DNA of 62,164 bases, filler included, from Trypethelium eluteriae (lineage: Eukaryota): the NCBI GenBank assembly GCA_051942245.1. It is 4 parts of 4 records of this genome, joined end to end, with 100 filler letters (N's around TTAATTAATTAA, not from the genome) between each part and the next. Parts side by side here need not be neighbours in the genome. Positions count along the whole stretch, not along the records: positions 1 to 15,534 come from JAVECL010000647.1; positions 15,635 to 31,120 come from JAVECL010000648.1; 2 more parts are not named here. One strand, 5' to 3'. A model generated the notes under the pieces. The model did not search any database and was not told the DNA's origin. It was given only the letters and a program-made list of their open reading frames with translations. The translations under genes and the position numbers were made by a program. Positions 10,121-22,458 of this stretch are shown piece after piece (within the stretch, counting starts at the first letter, position 1; each line of letters opens with the position of its first letter).

Positions 10121-10350
10121 TAAGCTATTAGTACTCCCCTTATTTAGAGCTGAAGTTCAATTTTATTATTATATTATTATATAAAGATGAATTAAAAGAA
10201 TCTCTCAATATATAAGCTAATCCGTAATATAGAAGGAGTTGAATAACATTATAAATAATTACATAATAATTATTTTATTTATATTTTATTTAGAATTCTC
10301 TATATACAGGATAATAATTCCATATTTAGATTTGTTTCCAAACTCTGTAC
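10040..10350. repeat. AT/TpA-rich tract, probable RIP-degenerated repeat (right flank of island)
   Basis: Very low GC, e.g. ttttattattatattattatataaag and ataaataattacataataattattttatttatattttattt. Confidence 0.65.
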
Positions 10351-10824
10351 ATATCAGAGGTCCTCAATTCTGAATCTCGTCAAAGCTAACGGCAAGTTTA
10401 GTTAGGTCATCATCATCAAGACCAATGAGACATACTAAAGCCCAGTTTAAAGGCTTTGAAGCTCGATATTGCGATGGAAGACAGCCAGTCGAATGGTGAC
10501 GATGTCCACTACCTATATCTACCACCACTTCCATAAGATCGTTCTTTGAAGTACCATGGAAGAGATAGAAAGAGTCGGGATGTCCAGATCAGTACCGGGT
10601 TATACACTGAGTATGAAGATACTAAGAACATTAGTTTAAAGTGTTACCGAAGGGCATGGAGGGGATGGGCCTGTGCAGGTGGTGGGCTCGTGCAGATGGT
10701 TGAGAAAACCTCTATCACTTATGTCCACCCCGTTGATCGGATATTGAAGAAACACCGTTGAATCTGTCTGGCGACTGCAATGACTACAATAGATTGACAA
10801 TTGACCTGGTTATACAACGTACTT

Positions 10825-11856
10825 TTAAGCTTGCTTCTCCACGTTGCTCAAAGGTACATCAGTCTTCGGCCAGAAATGGCTTAGGTCACCGACAGGAAGA
10901 TTTATTCCTAAACGCATCTCTGCCGCCATGATAACAAAAGTCATGTACCATCCCAGTGCGGCAACGACGAATCTGCGACGGCGAGAGTATATGTTAGTAA
11001 ACTGAACGGTCTGCTATGGCGGGTTCTACTCATGGATTTCATACAATAAAGCACCGCCCGTCTATAGAAATATGTTAGCGGGATGCGAGCAAACACGAGG
11101 ATGTGCAAGGTGGTCGTACCTTCTGGAGCCTTTCAGCCGTTGCGTAATGCCCAGTGCCGACTTTGAAGTAGGCTCCGGCGAGTAGCCATGACGCGATAGT
11201 TACGAAGAGGAAAATGCCTGCAAAGACGCAGTTCGTTTTGAGGGTGAAGATGAAGAATGTGAACAGCGCAAAGCCCCAAACCAGGAGGTATAATCCTACA
11301 ACGGAATTGAACTCTTTGCTGGCTGCGCCTTCTGTGGCATTGCCCGTGGCGGAATAGGCTCCGGCAAGATTGAGGGTTGGAAGCTGTAATAGCCCGAATG
11401 AGAGCCAGAAGACTGCGAAGAGGCTCTGCACCATCATCTAGAGAGGAAGCAGTTAACGTCAGACAGAGTCTTGAGCTGCATATGCTCGTGACATACCGCA
11501 AAGAAGTTGCCCATGATCCACTCAAATATGGTACCAAGTATCAGCAGCACTGGTCCAGTGAAAAAGAAGATGCCAGCTACACCAGCAAGACCGGAAGCGC
11601 CGCCCCATCCCATCAAAATGGTTGCAAACGTAAAGGTTGAGATTACGAAACCCACGAAACCCATCGCCGTTGGGTTAGCAAAGCGGCTGAGCGCATCTCC
11701 AGAGTGTGGTGTCTTTGGGGATAGATACAACTTCTCGAACAGCTCCGGAGAGATGGTCATGGCGGTCTGAGTTTTACCGAGATTGAGTCCACCATTCTTT
11801 TCTACCTCAATCTCCTCGTTGCTCAGGGATCTGTGGTGGGTTGGGAGATTGGACAT
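10825..11856 (-). CDS. GPR1/FUN34/YaaH (AceTr) acetate/ammonia transporter
   Basis: Motifs TISPELFEKLYLSP, FANPTAMGF, FEWIMGNFF and a C-terminal LPVGDLS. Four exons, including a 17-nt microexon at 11061-11045. Stop TAA at 10827-10825. Confidence 0.9.
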
Positions 11857-13229
11857 AGTGTCTGGTACTTTTAGCTGAATATTCTTGTAAAGACTCACAT
11901 GGAGTACAAGCGACAGCGAAGCCAAGCGCGCCGTGAGATCAGCGTGACTGTTCGCGTGGGCATCGAACGCTTTTGTGTCTACCTATTGTGCCGCATCCTT
12001 AGGTCCAGGCCACGGCCATTTAGCTGAGTGATGCCTCAATAAGCTTAAAATCCGAATTAGATCAGCAGCTAACTAGCATAAGCATGATCTTATACGTCCC
12101 AACTAATGAGAGGTTAGCCTGAGCAGAGCATAGCGGTTCTTAGTGCAAGCCATTGCGGGGTGTCATGGCCTCCTTGTCCTTTGTTTAACCGGCAGTTGCC
12201 TCAAAATCATGCGAATCTTTGCTTCAGCTGAACCTCAGCAGAATAAGCCGTCGGACTTCATATGAATACATCATGTCTGTGTAAAAGCAAGGAGAAGATG
12301 TACGGTCCATGCTCCTTCGACACTTCTCATTCATTGACAATACACAAGGGTTCGACTGCAACGCAGTAAATTGTTCCATGACCATCGATCCGCTCAATCC
12401 TCACATTGGACCCTGATGAAGAAGACAAGGCTGCGTAATCGAACTTCACTTCCGCCCTATAGCCCAAGTCAACTACTTAGAAGCGGTGCCACCTCTCCGG
12501 GACTCATGCATTCGGGTACTATTTCTCAATTAGCGAGTAAACCTATTTTTCGCAAGAAGACTGTAGGGCAGGCGTTGGAAAATAGAGTGGGCTTATGGCT
12601 TTAGTCAAGCACTCCAACGCCCCGGCTTCCGCCGCTCGGCTCTTCATTCCATGACGCAAACCATCCAGGGTTCGACGACCAACCCTGCCAACGTCTTCTG
12701 CCTTTGGCTGGCTTTACCAACTATGGACCTGTGATCGAAGTCGGAATCGTGCGCGAGAATCACACTTGAGTGCAATCGGAATTGGCCAGCAACCTGCGTC
12801 AACGCCCGTCCTCTCCAGGAATTTGGTAGAATGGCAACTGGAGATACTTTCAGGCCCGCGCTTCCCATGATTGGCGTGCAGAATGATTTCGCCCGCCTGG
12901 CGGCTCGCTGGCTGTTCTCGGTGGGCGCTCTGTAGAACCAGCCCTAGCCCTGGTGGTTGATAACCTCCTTAACTTACTTTTCTTCCTGAGGGTTGCGACT
13001 AAGGATTAGCATCCCAAAGACCATATCTTATTTTCTGTGAACTATTTAGCACCTAATTGCAGCTGACCTGCTGTTGCATCCAACATCCCAACATTTCTTC
13101 AATGTGGTCTCCTTCTCCATCATCAAACTATTTTATACTCCGCAGCGCATTGGCTTCTAGACAGGGCCAAATTCCTAATCAGTATTGTACATGTGATCGC
13201 GTAGCATCAAGCTTAACTGCTGGCAGTTC

Positions 13230-14924
13230 CTAGGTACCCATCTCATGAACTCTGACGTTTGAATCAATCTCATACCGTTCTAGGGCATGCTCGGATACTG
13301 GAAGCTCGACTTTTATCGTTTGTTGTCCCTCTAACTGGTATGTGTTGGTGTTGTCTAGTTCGGCGTCGGCTTTCACTTTTGTCGCAGGTTCCTTCATCGA
13401 TATTCTCTCGCTGCCTGCAGCTTGCCTTCGCACTTTAAAAAATCTTCGCCAGAAAGTTACTGCTGCAATTGCCAGCGCGAATATTGCTGTAACTGAAATG
13501 ACAATGCCTGCGATCTTACCTCTACTGAACCGACGGCTTTCTTTCTCCTGCAGGTCGTCGCGCGGAGGCTGAATAGCAATGATATTTTCAGACACGGAAG
13601 TAGAAGGAAATAGTGCACGTGAGACTGAGAAATTGCGTCTCTCATAGTCCGCGATCAGGTATGCTGCTTGAAGAAATGTTCGGCCAAGGGTGTACTGCGA
13701 CGAGTTCTGCGCCTGTTTGAGCGGGAAGTAGCGCGTCGTGTCGCCAACGATTGGACTTGTTAAGTTTAGATCGAAAGCCGCATATGGCAAAACAATGCTA
13801 GTTGTATCCGCACCACCTCCGGCTTGACCGATTGTGAAGATAAATGTTGGGTTCTGTACAAGAAGAGCAGTGTGCGCCATCTCATCAAGAAGGTATAGCT
13901 GCCCTTGAGCATTCCATGTGAGATTGAATTGCTGTGCGAATGCTTCACAGACAGCAACTGGAAGCCATAATTCGGTGACGAGGGAGTCAATAAAGATATC
14001 GATGCTACTAGCCAAAAGTGGAGAGCTTCCGATAGTGTCATAAGTGATTGACTGCAAGCTCACCAGCAAGTCCCTGGAGAAATCTACGGCAAAAGGAAAC
14101 GTCAAATTGTTTGGCTCAAATCTGCTCGCATCATAACCACCCAGCGTCAAGCTACCGTAGACTGGAGGATCTTGGTAATGTGCGCCTGCAGCATACGCCC
14201 ACGATGCACTTGGGATTAGAGACTGGTTGCGAAGGGTTCCTAGCATACTTGGCTGCGGATCATCGAGAATGGTGAAGTTGAAAGGAACCGGGCTCAAGCC
14301 TAAACTTCCAAGAAAGTAATTATCTGTCCAGATGCCAGCAAGGACCTGCTTTTGTAAAATTGGTAAATTGGGTCCAGGTAAGCCTAACCTGATAGTATCA
14401 TACCCGTAGGATCCATTCCCGGTCAAGCCAAGAACGCCTTCTTCGAAGGTATTTAGCGAGAAGATGACACCGTCGATTCCATTTTGGATTCCCTGTGTAG
14501 ACCAGGTGGACGAGAGATTACTTTGGAATAAGTACCCTCGCTCATTGGGGCAATTTGTTAGGTTCGGATCGACGTCAGCGCAGCCTTCCGAGATCACCTA
14601 GTCAAAATGTCAATGTGTAAATCCACGATCCATCACTCTTCTGTAACTAACCACCCAAAGAGTAGATCTCGCGCTAGCAGATGTACCCGGCAAGAGCCTT
14701 ACAGTCTGTCCTGGTGTGCCGACTTGAATTTGGAACTTGGACCACCATCCATCGTCTCCGTCCCTGAGGGGAAGAGGCTAAGCATAACGAGTTTGAGACT
14801 TCGCAAAATTTACTAACCAGTAAAGGCTTGGAGGAATGCTCAACGGCGTGGTAATTCCTCCCGAGATAAAACGCACATTAATGAAAATTCGACCAAGCAA
14901 AAGCCAAAAAAATTGGCAACGCAT
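13230..14924 (-). CDS. Pepsin-like (A1) aspartic protease-fold protein with C-terminal TM helix and degenerate catalytic motifs
   Basis: Hydrophobic N-terminus from ATG 14924. Spliced WDGDDGWWSKFQIQVGTPGQTVRLLPGTS, then GSLTLGGYDASRF, IFIDS, YTLGRTFLQAAYLIADYER and TM segment IAGIVISVTAIFALAIAAVTFW. Confidence 0.85.
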
Positions 14925-15534
14925 AGTAACAGCAAATGTTATTCGAAGGTTGTCAACTCATGACCAAGATATGTTTGCAAAATGAACGGCAGGGCGGACC
15001 TGTATGAGCTAGGTAGGAAGCCAACACATCAACTTACCTACCTAAGGTATGTAGAAGCACTTATGTCGGATAGCTCGGCTTTATTACAAGCCGGTGAACG
15101 TCGTGTCACCGGGCTCCCTTTCGCACAATGCACAACCCGATCCTTGTGGTTCACTGCTCTATCAGCCATACTATCCTGCAGATTTGATTTCCGAAAATGG
15201 TTCAGATTGGGGGCGAAGTCTGCAACTTGAAGCTGGGGTCAATGCGGTGGGGTCAATGCACGAGGCTCAAGCTCTGTACTCTACGAGTACTGTACCATAC
15301 GATACAAGGCTGGGAGTTCAACCGCTGCAAATGCTTGAATAAAGTGGTACCTTTTCTACGCGCTCTTTGTAATGGTGTCAGCCACTCACTGGGAATGTGA
15401 TGATGTTCATGATGTTCTTCATGAAGTTGATCCAATCAACCTAGCCTACCGCGTAATCTCGCTATGCTCTACACGAGGGTCAATGCGCGAGATTCTCGAA
15501 CCTACTACGTAGGTCCTCATTTTACTAGTTAATT

Positions 15535-15634
15535 NNNNNNNNNNNNNNNNNNNNNNNNNNNNNNNNNNNNNNNNNNNNTTAATTAATTAANNNNNNNNNN
15601 NNNNNNNNNNNNNNNNNNNNNNNNNNNNNNNNNN
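15535..15634. other. Artificial contig linker (N44-TTAATTAATTAA-N44)
   Basis: Identical 100-nt layout at three places; the central 12-mer has stops in all six frames. Confidence 0.97.
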
Positions 15635-17275
15635 CGTGTAGGTGTTGCGTTTGCAGGTTGGCGTCGACGACGGAGTTCCATTCTGCGGTGAGCTTTTCGA
15701 GCTCCGACACGCCTGTTGAGAGTTCGGAGAGCTTGCCGAGGCGGCCGTTGCGCTCGGCTTCGACGCGGGATCGTACGTCCGAGGCGAACTGGCGGTTTAG
15801 GGCGATGGTCTGTTCGAGGAGTTCGTTTTTGAGTTTTTGGTCGTAGACTTGACGTGCAGATTCCAACTCGTTGGCGAGCTTGGATTGGTAGTTTTTGGAG
15901 AGCTGCTCGCGTTCAGATTCATATTCGTCCTTCCAGCGGCTTTCTTGTTCCTGCATTTCGTGCTCGACACGGCCGAGCAGCTCTTTTGCGTAACCATCGA
16001 ATTCGGTGTGGTTCGCTTTGATCTTGTCCTCGGCAGCTTTTTTTTCAGATGCTTTTAAATTTGCAATGTCCTGGGCAACCTTGTTGATCTCGTCTCTTGC
16101 TTTGGCGATCGTAGAAGAGTATTTTCCACTAGCATTATCGGCATTAACGACGGTGATTATATCATTGAGTATCTTTACTACGTCCTGGACTACGGGTTCT
16201 TCACCGGCAGGGACATTGATAGGATCGATACTCGCAGCTGGAGGGGCTGCTTTGGGAGGTTCCGCAGGTTTCGTGGTTTCGGTCCGTGATTTCACCGCAG
16301 GCTTCTGGTCTGACTGAGCTTTGGCATCGGGTTTAGGTGCCTCAGTTTGAGCAGGCTTTGAAGCCTCTTGCTTTTCAGGTTCCGTGCCTTGTCCAGCAGC
16401 CTTGGTTTTGTCTGCACCCGCTGGTCCTGCTGAAGCCTGTTTTGTACGACCAGCTTGGTTATCCTGCAAGGCACTGACATGACGTCCTCTTGTTCCCAAG
16501 TCAGACCCTTCGCCGCTGTCCTCAGTCACTCTTGATGACATGCCGGCATTGCTTGGTATTGTGACCTTTGTTTCTCCTCTTATTTGGGGATATGCTTTGC
16601 TTGTACTAGCCGCATTCTGAGGAAATCGTCTTCGGAATTCTCGCTCTTCAAAATACGCAACAGCGTCTTCTCCGAAAGGAACATATTCCGTAAAGAAATC
16701 ATGCCAGTTATCCGATACCAAGGAGTAATATACACCACCAGCATAGCTCAGACCAGTGAGAAGAATCAAGCTGAGAAAGAACCTACGCCATCGTCGAGGC
16801 TTTCGCTTTGGCTTTGGAGAGCTTTCCCCGGAACCAGAGCTAGACGATGGGGTCACACTTGACGTTCCGCTGCCAGTGGGAGTTCCGACACTTGCAGAGG
16901 TTGGGGCAGATGATGATGATGATGACTGGGCTTCTGCCGGGGTCGGCGGAGTTCTTGGAATGTTTTCTGCGGGAATTGATGGGGGAGAGGAAGTCGTGGA
17001 AGTAGTGTCTGGAATCGTTGGCTCGTTTGCTGCTTTGATGGTACTTTGAGAGCCCGGTAGTACTGTCTGGTCTGGCGGTTTAGGAGGATCCGCGTAGAAA
17101 CGCTATTATTGTTACTCAAAGTGTTCTTGCTTTGCCGGCAGCTTAAATCTTCTGTACCTACCTGAGAATTTACAACCGCGTTCTCCGATCGTATCCTCGG
17201 CCATTGAGTAACACGGGTAGATCGAGAAAACCCCGCATGGACAATGCGACTTCTCAGAAAAGGAGCGCGCAGCAT
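15635..17275 (-). CDS. MIC60: MICOS subunit Mic60 (mitofilin), 3'-truncated by contig end
   Basis: Mitochondrial presequence-like exon 17275-17162, then an exon from 17102. TM segment followed by GGVYYSLVSDNWHDFFTEYVPFGEDAV, coiled coil, VEAERNGRLGKLSEL. Confidence 0.92.
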
Positions 17276-17579
17276 GATGTGCTGCCTAAAGCGTGGAGAG
17301 CTCCAGCAACAGAGTGGTTAGGAAGTTTTCAAGCTCGAGGTCGCGTTCCTGAATCTCGGGCGACGTCGGAGGAGAGGTAAAGAAGCTCCGTGCACCTCCG
17401 GGATTAGGAAAAGAGGAAAGGCTCTCGTCCTTTGAATCGCAAAATTCAAGAATTCATTCCTACTGCATGGCTAGATAGCAACTCTACTGTCTACTGTTAC
17501 ATATCACGGGACAAGTCTAGCCTATACCGAGAGCCTCTGAGGGAAAAGATGCAACGCCGAATAACGCGCGTTTGGAATA

Positions 17580-19790
17580 CTACTCCTTCCTCTTTTTCCC
17601 CTCTTCCAAGTAGCCCAATCTAGCTTCGCTTCTGCCCCTCTCATGACCGCGAATGAAGGAACCGATGACTGGATCATGACGAACACTGCTCATTGCATCT
17701 TGGTAACCTTCCGTAGCCCATGGAGGAGTATTAAGCTTCGGCCAATTGACCTACACCATGTTAGCTGTATCACGCCAGAAGCACCAGTCAAGGAGATGTA
17801 CGTATAAGGTTCCATGAGTCCAGATGAAACGTGCAGTCCAGATCGCTACTCCAAGGCAAAGCATCGTCATAAGTCTCAGAGGCCATACTGTGGCGTTCGG
17901 TAGTCGTCGTGTGAAGATGGAGATGAATATGAAGAACAAGCAACCTGCGAGAATGTAGGGCATGGATTGGATCAGGACTGGCCTCCTATCAACATACGTC
18001 GTATCTGAACCCGAGCGTTGATAGGCACCCAGGAAGAGATCAAACGCATCTTGACGAGGGCCATCGGTGAAGTTATTTTGCAGGTAACGAGAGCAGGAAT
18101 TATTTAAATCTTGGAGCATTCCAGCACGTGTTCGATTGCCTGTTCGAGTGAAATCGGTCTTCAGAGCGCCCGTGCCGGAATAGGATCTGGAGACTACGTC
18201 CGCATTATCGGCCCAGACGTTGCGAAACAGATGCTCAAACGCCGCATCATCCGAGGCGTTCTCTCCTGTCCGTAAGAATCCCAGGTCGATTAGCATTCTT
18301 GTCAATGTCCATCGGCCGAGCATACTTTGCACAACGTTCGTTCGATCTAGACAGTCCATGCAGTTTGTTCTGACAACGCTGGTCTGCCGGTTCCGTACTT
18401 CCATGCGTCCAAGCTTATCTCCAGGCATGTCGACGCCATGGAAATACTGCTGTTTTAGTAGCGGCTGGTGAAGCTGATCCAGAAGCAGTTGAGCGCGGTG
18501 CCATCGGAGGCCTTTTGTCTCATTGTGGAAGTCAAAGTAGACATAATGAAGACGGTCATATTCCTGATGCTTCTCAGCAGGCTCGACAACATGGAATTGT
18601 TGCTCCGTGGAAGGGCTCGGCATCGTATTCTCTGCAGGCGTCGAAACCAAGAGTCGAGTCATTTCCTCGTACGCCTCCTTTACCCGGACCTCACGACCCT
18701 TCTGGTTGACGAGATTGACCATGTAATTGTCACCGTAAGTTTTGATCTGTTCATCAAAATGGCGCTTTGCCGCGGGCACAGCGCTGTCTACGCCTCGAAC
18801 CTGTAGTTTCGGAGTATATTTGAGGGTATTGATCTCGGCCCAATAGACTGGAACGCTTCCTCTGGTTTGGATATACGATAAAATGTGCACTTCCTTTCCG
18901 GGATTTCCTGGTATTCGACCATTCTGGAAACCATCTCCAGCATATCCCGCCATTCCAGCCGACGCATCGTCGTTGAGAATGACGATCTGCTCTGTTTCAT
19001 TGAAGTTCGAGACATTTCCCTTGTCGTCAATGCCACGCGAAAAGTATCTCGTTCCTCCTCGATGACGAGATCGTCGCGTGATGAGCGCAAATGTGAAAGG
19101 GTTCCCCTTGACAGAAGTATTTGTAATTCTTAGCATCCCAAACATTACTGGCAATATGAATGGGTCTACTTCAGGATGTGATCCAACTGATTGCCGAAGA
19201 CTCGATCGTTGACTAGCACCCAGGCGATATTCTATTAGGTCGGTTTGGATGAATCTATTCCAGAAGAAGCGATCGTCGGCGCGTTTCCACAACGGCTCCG
19301 CCAGATCCTTTTCAGCTTGACGCTGGAAGCTGTTGGTAAGATCCATGGTATATGAGAAATACATTGGTCCATTTTTCAGGAATGTCTTCAGTAGTGAAAG
19401 GTAGGTGTCCTCATCCGGATCCCGCACTTGGGGATCCCTCAATGGGAGGAACTCGGTCGCAACAACACGATGTACCATTTGACCCCGAAGTCTTCCCATC
19501 GTTTGTGTTTTGGTGATGACGACAACATATCTATCTGTTTGGCTTGCAGTTAGCGTGGCTCGTCCTGGAAGATAGGTGATATTACCTAGTCGTAGCCTGA
19601 TAATTCCCAAGATCCCCGCGATACTGGAGACCCGCTTCGCGCCAAGGACCTTTCCTTCACTGAGTCGGAAGTCTCCCGACGGCCGATCAATAACAAGTGT
19701 TGGCGCATTGGGAGAGGATGGCGAAGAGAAGGCATAGTAGCTAGAAGAGGCGTGTACGTTGATGTCTCGGTATGGAAGGGTAGATGCCAT
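17580..19790 (-). CDS. SAC1: Phosphoinositide phosphatase Sac1
   Basis: RRSRHRGGTRYFSRGID, TRGSVPVYW, catalytic RTNCMDCLDRTNVVQ and two C-terminal TM helices. The last exon ends at TAG 17582-17580. Confidence 0.95.
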
Positions 19791-20154
19791 GGCGAAAATG
19801 AAACAGAAGCACCTGAGCCCAACAGTTCAGAGAGGCGCTATCTCGTGATCATACTGGCAATGCGGATTTGTTGTGATGTCGCAAGCACATGCGTGGCGCG
19901 GACCATTAATTATTGGAGACGAGAGAGCATTCTGGCCTGTGACGTTTCAAGGCCGAGCCCGGACGTGGCTGGAGCGGCGGGCTTCAAGCGCCTCCGACAC
20001 CAGGCAGTCAGTCTTTCTTCAACAAACATCCCATCTTTGAGGTCAGCACAACTTCCCTCCAACCACCTACGATCCGCACCGCTCCCTCGTCATCCCCTTA
20101 CCGGACGTTTGAAAGGTCTCGACACCATCTGCCTGTGCATCCAAGGCAACCAAA

Positions 20155-21027
20155 ATGGCACAACGGATGCAACAGGGTGCTCGCCCTGGAGGCTCACGCT
20201 TCGCTCAGTTCAAGCTTGTCCTACTGGGTATGTCACTCATCACGCTGTCTAGGATCCATGCTGACTTGGGTAACTAGGCGAGTCCGCTGTTGGAAAGGTC
20301 TGTACCTGAATGCGCTGAAAGCACGTCTTCTGTACTAATGCTTACTCTCCAGAGTTCGTTAGTACTGCGCTTTGTCAAAGTAATCTAGCACCCTCTTCTA
20401 TCTCCCTCATCGCAAACTAACAGCTACAAAAAGGATCAATTCGATGATTACCGAGAGTCAACTATTGGAGCTGCTTTCCTCACTCAAACCATCGCCCTTG
20501 ATGAGAACACAACCGTAAAATTCGAGATATGGGATACAGCAGGACAGGAACGTTACAAGTCATTGGCACCAATGTATTACCGGAATGCCAATTGCGCCGT
20601 TGTCGTCTACGATATTACACAGGCAGTGAGTTTGGATGTTATCATGTTTCCAATGTACGAGCTTCGCTAATTTGAATAGTCTTCTCTAGATAAGGCAAAG
20701 GCATGGGTCAAAGAACTGCAGAGGCAAGCGAATGAGAACATTATAATCGCTTTGGCCGGCAATAAGCTTGATCTTGTCAACGAAAGTCCAGATAAGAGGG
20801 CCATTCAAACAAGTGACGCCGAGCAGTACGCAAGAGAAGCGGGCCTGCTCTTCTTCGAAACTTCCGCCAAAACAGCAACAAATGTCAAGGAGCTATTCAC
20901 AGCTATCGCCAAGAAGCTGCCCATGGACCAAGCAGGACCTCGGGGTATTAGAGCCGGTCAGCGTCCAGGGGTTGACCTTCGACCGGGCGATTCGTCGACT
21001 TCCCCTACGCCTGGTTGCAATTGCTAG
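20155..21027 (+). CDS. YPT52: Rab5-family GTPase (Ypt52/Ypt5-like)
   Basis: Five exons give [65 protein letters not shown] and a C-terminal CNC prenylation motif. Confidence 0.9.
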
Positions 21028-21322
21028 ATTTCTGGTTCTAGGCGTTCTGTGATGGTTATAGGTATCGTTTTCCTTGGCCAATCTGCGCTCTGTGCTACCG
21101 GGGTTGGGTCACGAGGGTATTGCGATACCTTTTCGGAAAGGCGCAGATCAGCTTTTTGTTTTGACATCATCGGCGCTAAGACCATGGATATCATACTCAT
21201 TTAATCCCCTTCAAATGCCAACGCTCTTCCTCACGTACATCAGCCATTCCGTGAACGTGGAAACCATAATACATTTTTATATCTACAGCGAAGCCTCAAA
21301 ATAAGCGAGCAGAAGATCGATG

Positions 21323-22021
21323 CTACCTCTTTTTGCCCAAATCCTTCACCATTTGTGTGATATTGCCTTCTCTATTGCTGCTGCCTGGACCATCTAGAGA
21401 TCCCGAGCTTTCCGTGGTTATTTCTGGCTCCCCACTGGCCAATCTTTTCACAGCTTGCGTTACACTACCTCCTCCTCCGCCCTCCGCGCCATCAGCCGGA
21501 GCATCGGCTTCCGTAGTCCTCTTCGCGGCCTCCTTCTCCGCTCTCTCGGTATCCCTCTTCCTCTTCGCCTCCTTCCTCGCCCGAATCGCCTTATCCTCCT
21601 CATCCCGCACCTCCAGCTCCCTCAGCCACGCGTCCCGCTTCTCCTTTGCTTTCTGCTCCTGTACTGCCGTATCGTACTCCTTGCGCTTCTGACGATCTCC
21701 TTCCCAGTAGACGCTGCCGACGAACATGACGGCGATGGTGAAGCCTTGGGCGTAGATGCGGCGCCGGAAGAAACGGTTCGTGAGATTCTTGTCGCCTACG
21801 CGCATGCTGCGCGTGGCGCCGAAGAGAGCCCAACATGTGAGGGCACAGCCGAGTGGGATTAGAGGTTCTTCTTTGAGGCGGCGGGAGAGCTTTTGCCAGC
21901 GGTTTTCTTCGTAAAAGTCTCTGGGTAGGGAGGTTCAGTTGAGTAGGGGGCGGAGAATGGTGGAATGAATTAGAACATACGGGTTGGAATCGAAAGAGGA
22001 GGGAAGGGGAGCATCATTCAT
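21323..22021 (-). CDS. RCF1: Respiratory supercomplex factor 1 (HIG1 domain)
   Basis: MNDAPLPSSFD / FYEENRWQKLSRRLKEEPLIPLGCALT, RRRIYAQGFT, WLRELEVRDEED; one intron near 21980-21920. Confidence 0.92.
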
Positions 22022-22458
22022 CTTGACAACTGGTACAAGACTGGATCTTCACTTTGGACTGAGATACTTGAGGGGTGGAACGGAGTAGTTGGGATAATTG
22101 TAGAAAGATCGTAACAAAAATCCGGATTTAATCCAAATCGATAAATTTTGGCAGGCTACTGCTCAGCAATAGCAATGACGTGGGAATCGATTGACATAGT
22201 AATAGTATGTCGCGTGCTGCGTATAGCGAGAGTTGGGCGAGCTTTAAAGAATCATGACGATGATTTGATAGTCACCGAGGAAATCCCGGCCGGTCTGTTT
22301 TCCATCTGCACGACTGGACAGGGATCCTTACCTTAGTCAGGTACCAGGGTACCTTGGAACACACAAAATGTTTACCGATCCATCACAGGGCGTGGGGGAT
22401 AGCCAATTTGATAAAACCCAATTTCTCCAATGATCTGGGTGAAGATTCATGAACCACC

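Noticed and set aside
5097..10350. TGTACAGA at ~5098 and TCTGTACA at ~10344 as transposon TIRs
   Set aside because: Identity extends only about 8 bp, which is expected by chance, and no transposase is present in between.
15579..15590. TTAATTAATTAA palindrome repeated three times, as a possible biological repeat or element end
   Set aside because: It is always centred in exactly 44+44 Ns, so it is an assembly linker.
22333..22339. TTAGTCA (Gcn4/CpcA-like site) upstream of ILV1
   Set aside because: A single non-consensus 7-mer is plausible for this gene but not distinguishable from chance.
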